Source: Actinomycetota bacterium
GTDB lineage: Bacteria > Actinomycetota > UBA4738 > HRBIN12
Length of the DNA: 64,000 nt
NCBI GenBank assembly: GCA_036556805.1
Contig: DATBIS010000026.1
Span: forward strand, 31,382-95,381
Direction: 5' to 3'
This document shows positions 62,908 through 64,000 of this stretch, piece by piece. Under the pieces are notes generated by a model, which worked only from the letters and a program-made list of their open reading frames with translations, did no database searches and was not told where the DNA came from. The translations under genes were made by a program, and so were the position numbers. Positions within the stretch are counted from its first letter, which is position 1. Every line of letters begins with the position of its first letter.

Positions 62908-64000
62908 TCAGGCCGATCGGTCCGGGGCCTTGCCGGTCGCCGCCGACTCGAACACCTCGACGCCCACCTCGACGTCGAGCGCTTTCGAGAGCACGTCGGC
63001 CTGCTCCTGAGCCTCCGCGGCGGCCGCCTGCGGGTTCGACGAGCCGCGGACCCCGATCGAGAGGATGCCCTTGCGCGCCGTGACGTCGATGGCCTCCACG
63101 TCGAAGTCCCCGCCGCGACGCAGGGCATGCGCGATGCGAAGGAGCCCGATCAGCACGGACGCGGCGTGACGGTCGTCGTCCGCGAGCGCCGCGAACGAGG
63201 AGAAGCTCGACTTCGGCGATCCGCCGCGATGGAAGCGAACGAGCGAGCTCATGATCGCCACCTCGTCGGGAGAGAAGCCGCGAAGGCCGGCGTGGTCGAT
63301 GAGGTACGCGCCGTGCTTGTGATGGTGGTCCGGCGAGACGCGCACGCCGATGTCGTGCAGGATCGCGGCGTGCGCGAGCAGCTCTCGCTCGCGATCGCCC
63401 AGCCGGTGGAGCCTGCGCGTCTCATCGAACAGCAGCAACGCGATCGCGCGCACGCCGCGCGCGTGGGCCTCGTCGAGGCCCCACAGACGCACGAGCCGGC
63501 CGATCGAGGCCGACCTGAGCTCCTCGGGGGTCGTCGCCAGCTCGAGGTTCAACTCGTCGATCACGACGCCCTCGCGGAGTCCCCATTCGGAGTGCACGAT
63601 CCGACGCACGCCGAACGTCGACGCGGCGGCGACCAGCACCACCGACCCCACGTGCAACAGGTCGGCGCGGCGGGCGTCCATCCCGGTCATGGCGAGGCGC
63701 TCCTCGAACGAGGCATCGCAGAGGACGCGCGACAGCGCGCGGAGGTCCGCGAGCTCGATCGTCGCCTGGTTGAGCGATGCGGGCACCGGGCTCCACCGCT
63801 TGGCGGCGAGAAGTCGCGCGAGTGCGCCCGTCGTTCCGCCCGCCGCCACGCATCGCACCGGACCCAACCGGGCAACGGTTTCGGCGAGCGGCTGCAGCAG
63901 CTCCACGACCAGCGCCTTCACCTCTCGGCGCTCCCCCCTCGACATCGGGTCGTGGCGCGCGATCGCGGTCGTGAGACGGGCGGCGCCGAGCGGAAAGCTC
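62908..64000 (-). CDS. ppx: Exopolyphosphatase / guanosine pentaphosphate phosphohydrolase (Ppx/GppA), N-terminus beyond window
   Basis: ORF 62908..63945; the frame stays open to the right edge. Ppx/GppA actin-like part (VAAGGTTGALARL) and HD-type C-terminal domain (AAILHDIG, HHKHGAYLI). Confidence 0.85.
   Translation of the reverse strand, partial: SFPLGAARLTTAIARHDPMSRGERREVKALVVELLQPLAETVARLGPVRCVAAGGTTGALARLLAAKRWSPVPASLNQATIELADLRALSRVLCDASFEERLAMTGMDARRADLLHVGSVVLVAAASTFGVRRIVHSEWGLREGVVIDELNLELATTPEELRSASIGRLVRLWGLDEAHARGVRAIALLLFDETRRLHRLGDRERELLAHAAILHDIGVRVSPDHHHKHGAYLIDHAGLRGFSPDEVAIMSSLVRFHRGGSPKSSFSSFAALADDDRHAASVLIGLLRIAHALRRGGDFDVEAIDVTARKGILSIGVRGSSNPQAAAAEAQEQADVLSKALDVEVGVEVFESAATGKAPDRSA

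Noticed and set aside
1-64000. CRISPR arrays, transposases, integrases, prophage or recognised defence-system genes.
   Set aside because: I saw no regularly spaced direct repeats, no IS-like terminal inverted repeats and no recombinase or phage-structural signatures in any frame. The lower-GC patches (8216-8630, 54230-54320, 60300-60760) are small and contain no mobility genes.

Overview
This window is very GC-rich chromosomal DNA (GC judged by eye, not computed) with actinobacterial-style gene content. I support about 68 tightly packed protein genes, one riboswitch and two terminator-like hairpins. GTG starts and 4-nt GTGA/ATGA stop-start overlaps are common. I found no rRNA, tRNA, CRISPR array, transposase or integrase.

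Main blocks, left to right:
- pilT (cut by the window edge), an ArsR-like regulator and mrp/apbC.
- A long minus-strand membrane/lipoprotein-processing chain: membrane protein, CPBP protease, double PPOX-like protein, SRPBCC, PAP2, lgt and a small Cys/His protein.
- pepA, then an NCS1 permease behind a clear TPP riboswitch.
- A histidine-utilisation cluster (hutI, hutH, hutU) with a GNAT and an S51 peptidase inserted.
- A convergent REC-EAL / REC-GGDEF pair.
- A reverse-transsulfuration operon (CBS, a DUF429-like gene, cystathionine gamma-lyase).
- Fe-S and redox genes: iscA-like, cupredoxin lipoprotein, FrhB-like protein, fdxA and an LLM oxidoreductase.
- Two two-component systems.
- A PucR/gabT/aldehyde-dehydrogenase catabolic cluster.
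- A cyanophycin locus (cphB-cphA plus a DksA/TraR zinc-finger gene).
- Mg2+ transport modules (a duplicated MgtE-like protein with a PhoU/RCK_C protein, and corA).
- ispH, a secreted transglycosylase-like protein and ppx/gppA (cut by the window edge).

The most unusual item is a CphA paralog at 47792-49477, convergent with the cyanophycin operon. It keeps the CphA N domain and the Mur-ligase M domain but lacks the ATP-grasp domain. It sits 13 nt downstream of an MFS exporter gene.

Other items worth a second look:
- A 373-nt structured leader upstream of the transglycosylase gene.
- The DUF429-like gene embedded in the transsulfuration operon.
- Small ORFs below the ORF-track cutoff.
- A low-GC perfect palindrome spanning the hutI/hutH stop codons.

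All start codons were chosen by eye and may be off by a few codons. Many long ORFs in the supplied track are antisense or out-of-frame shadows typical of high-GC DNA, and I did not call them.
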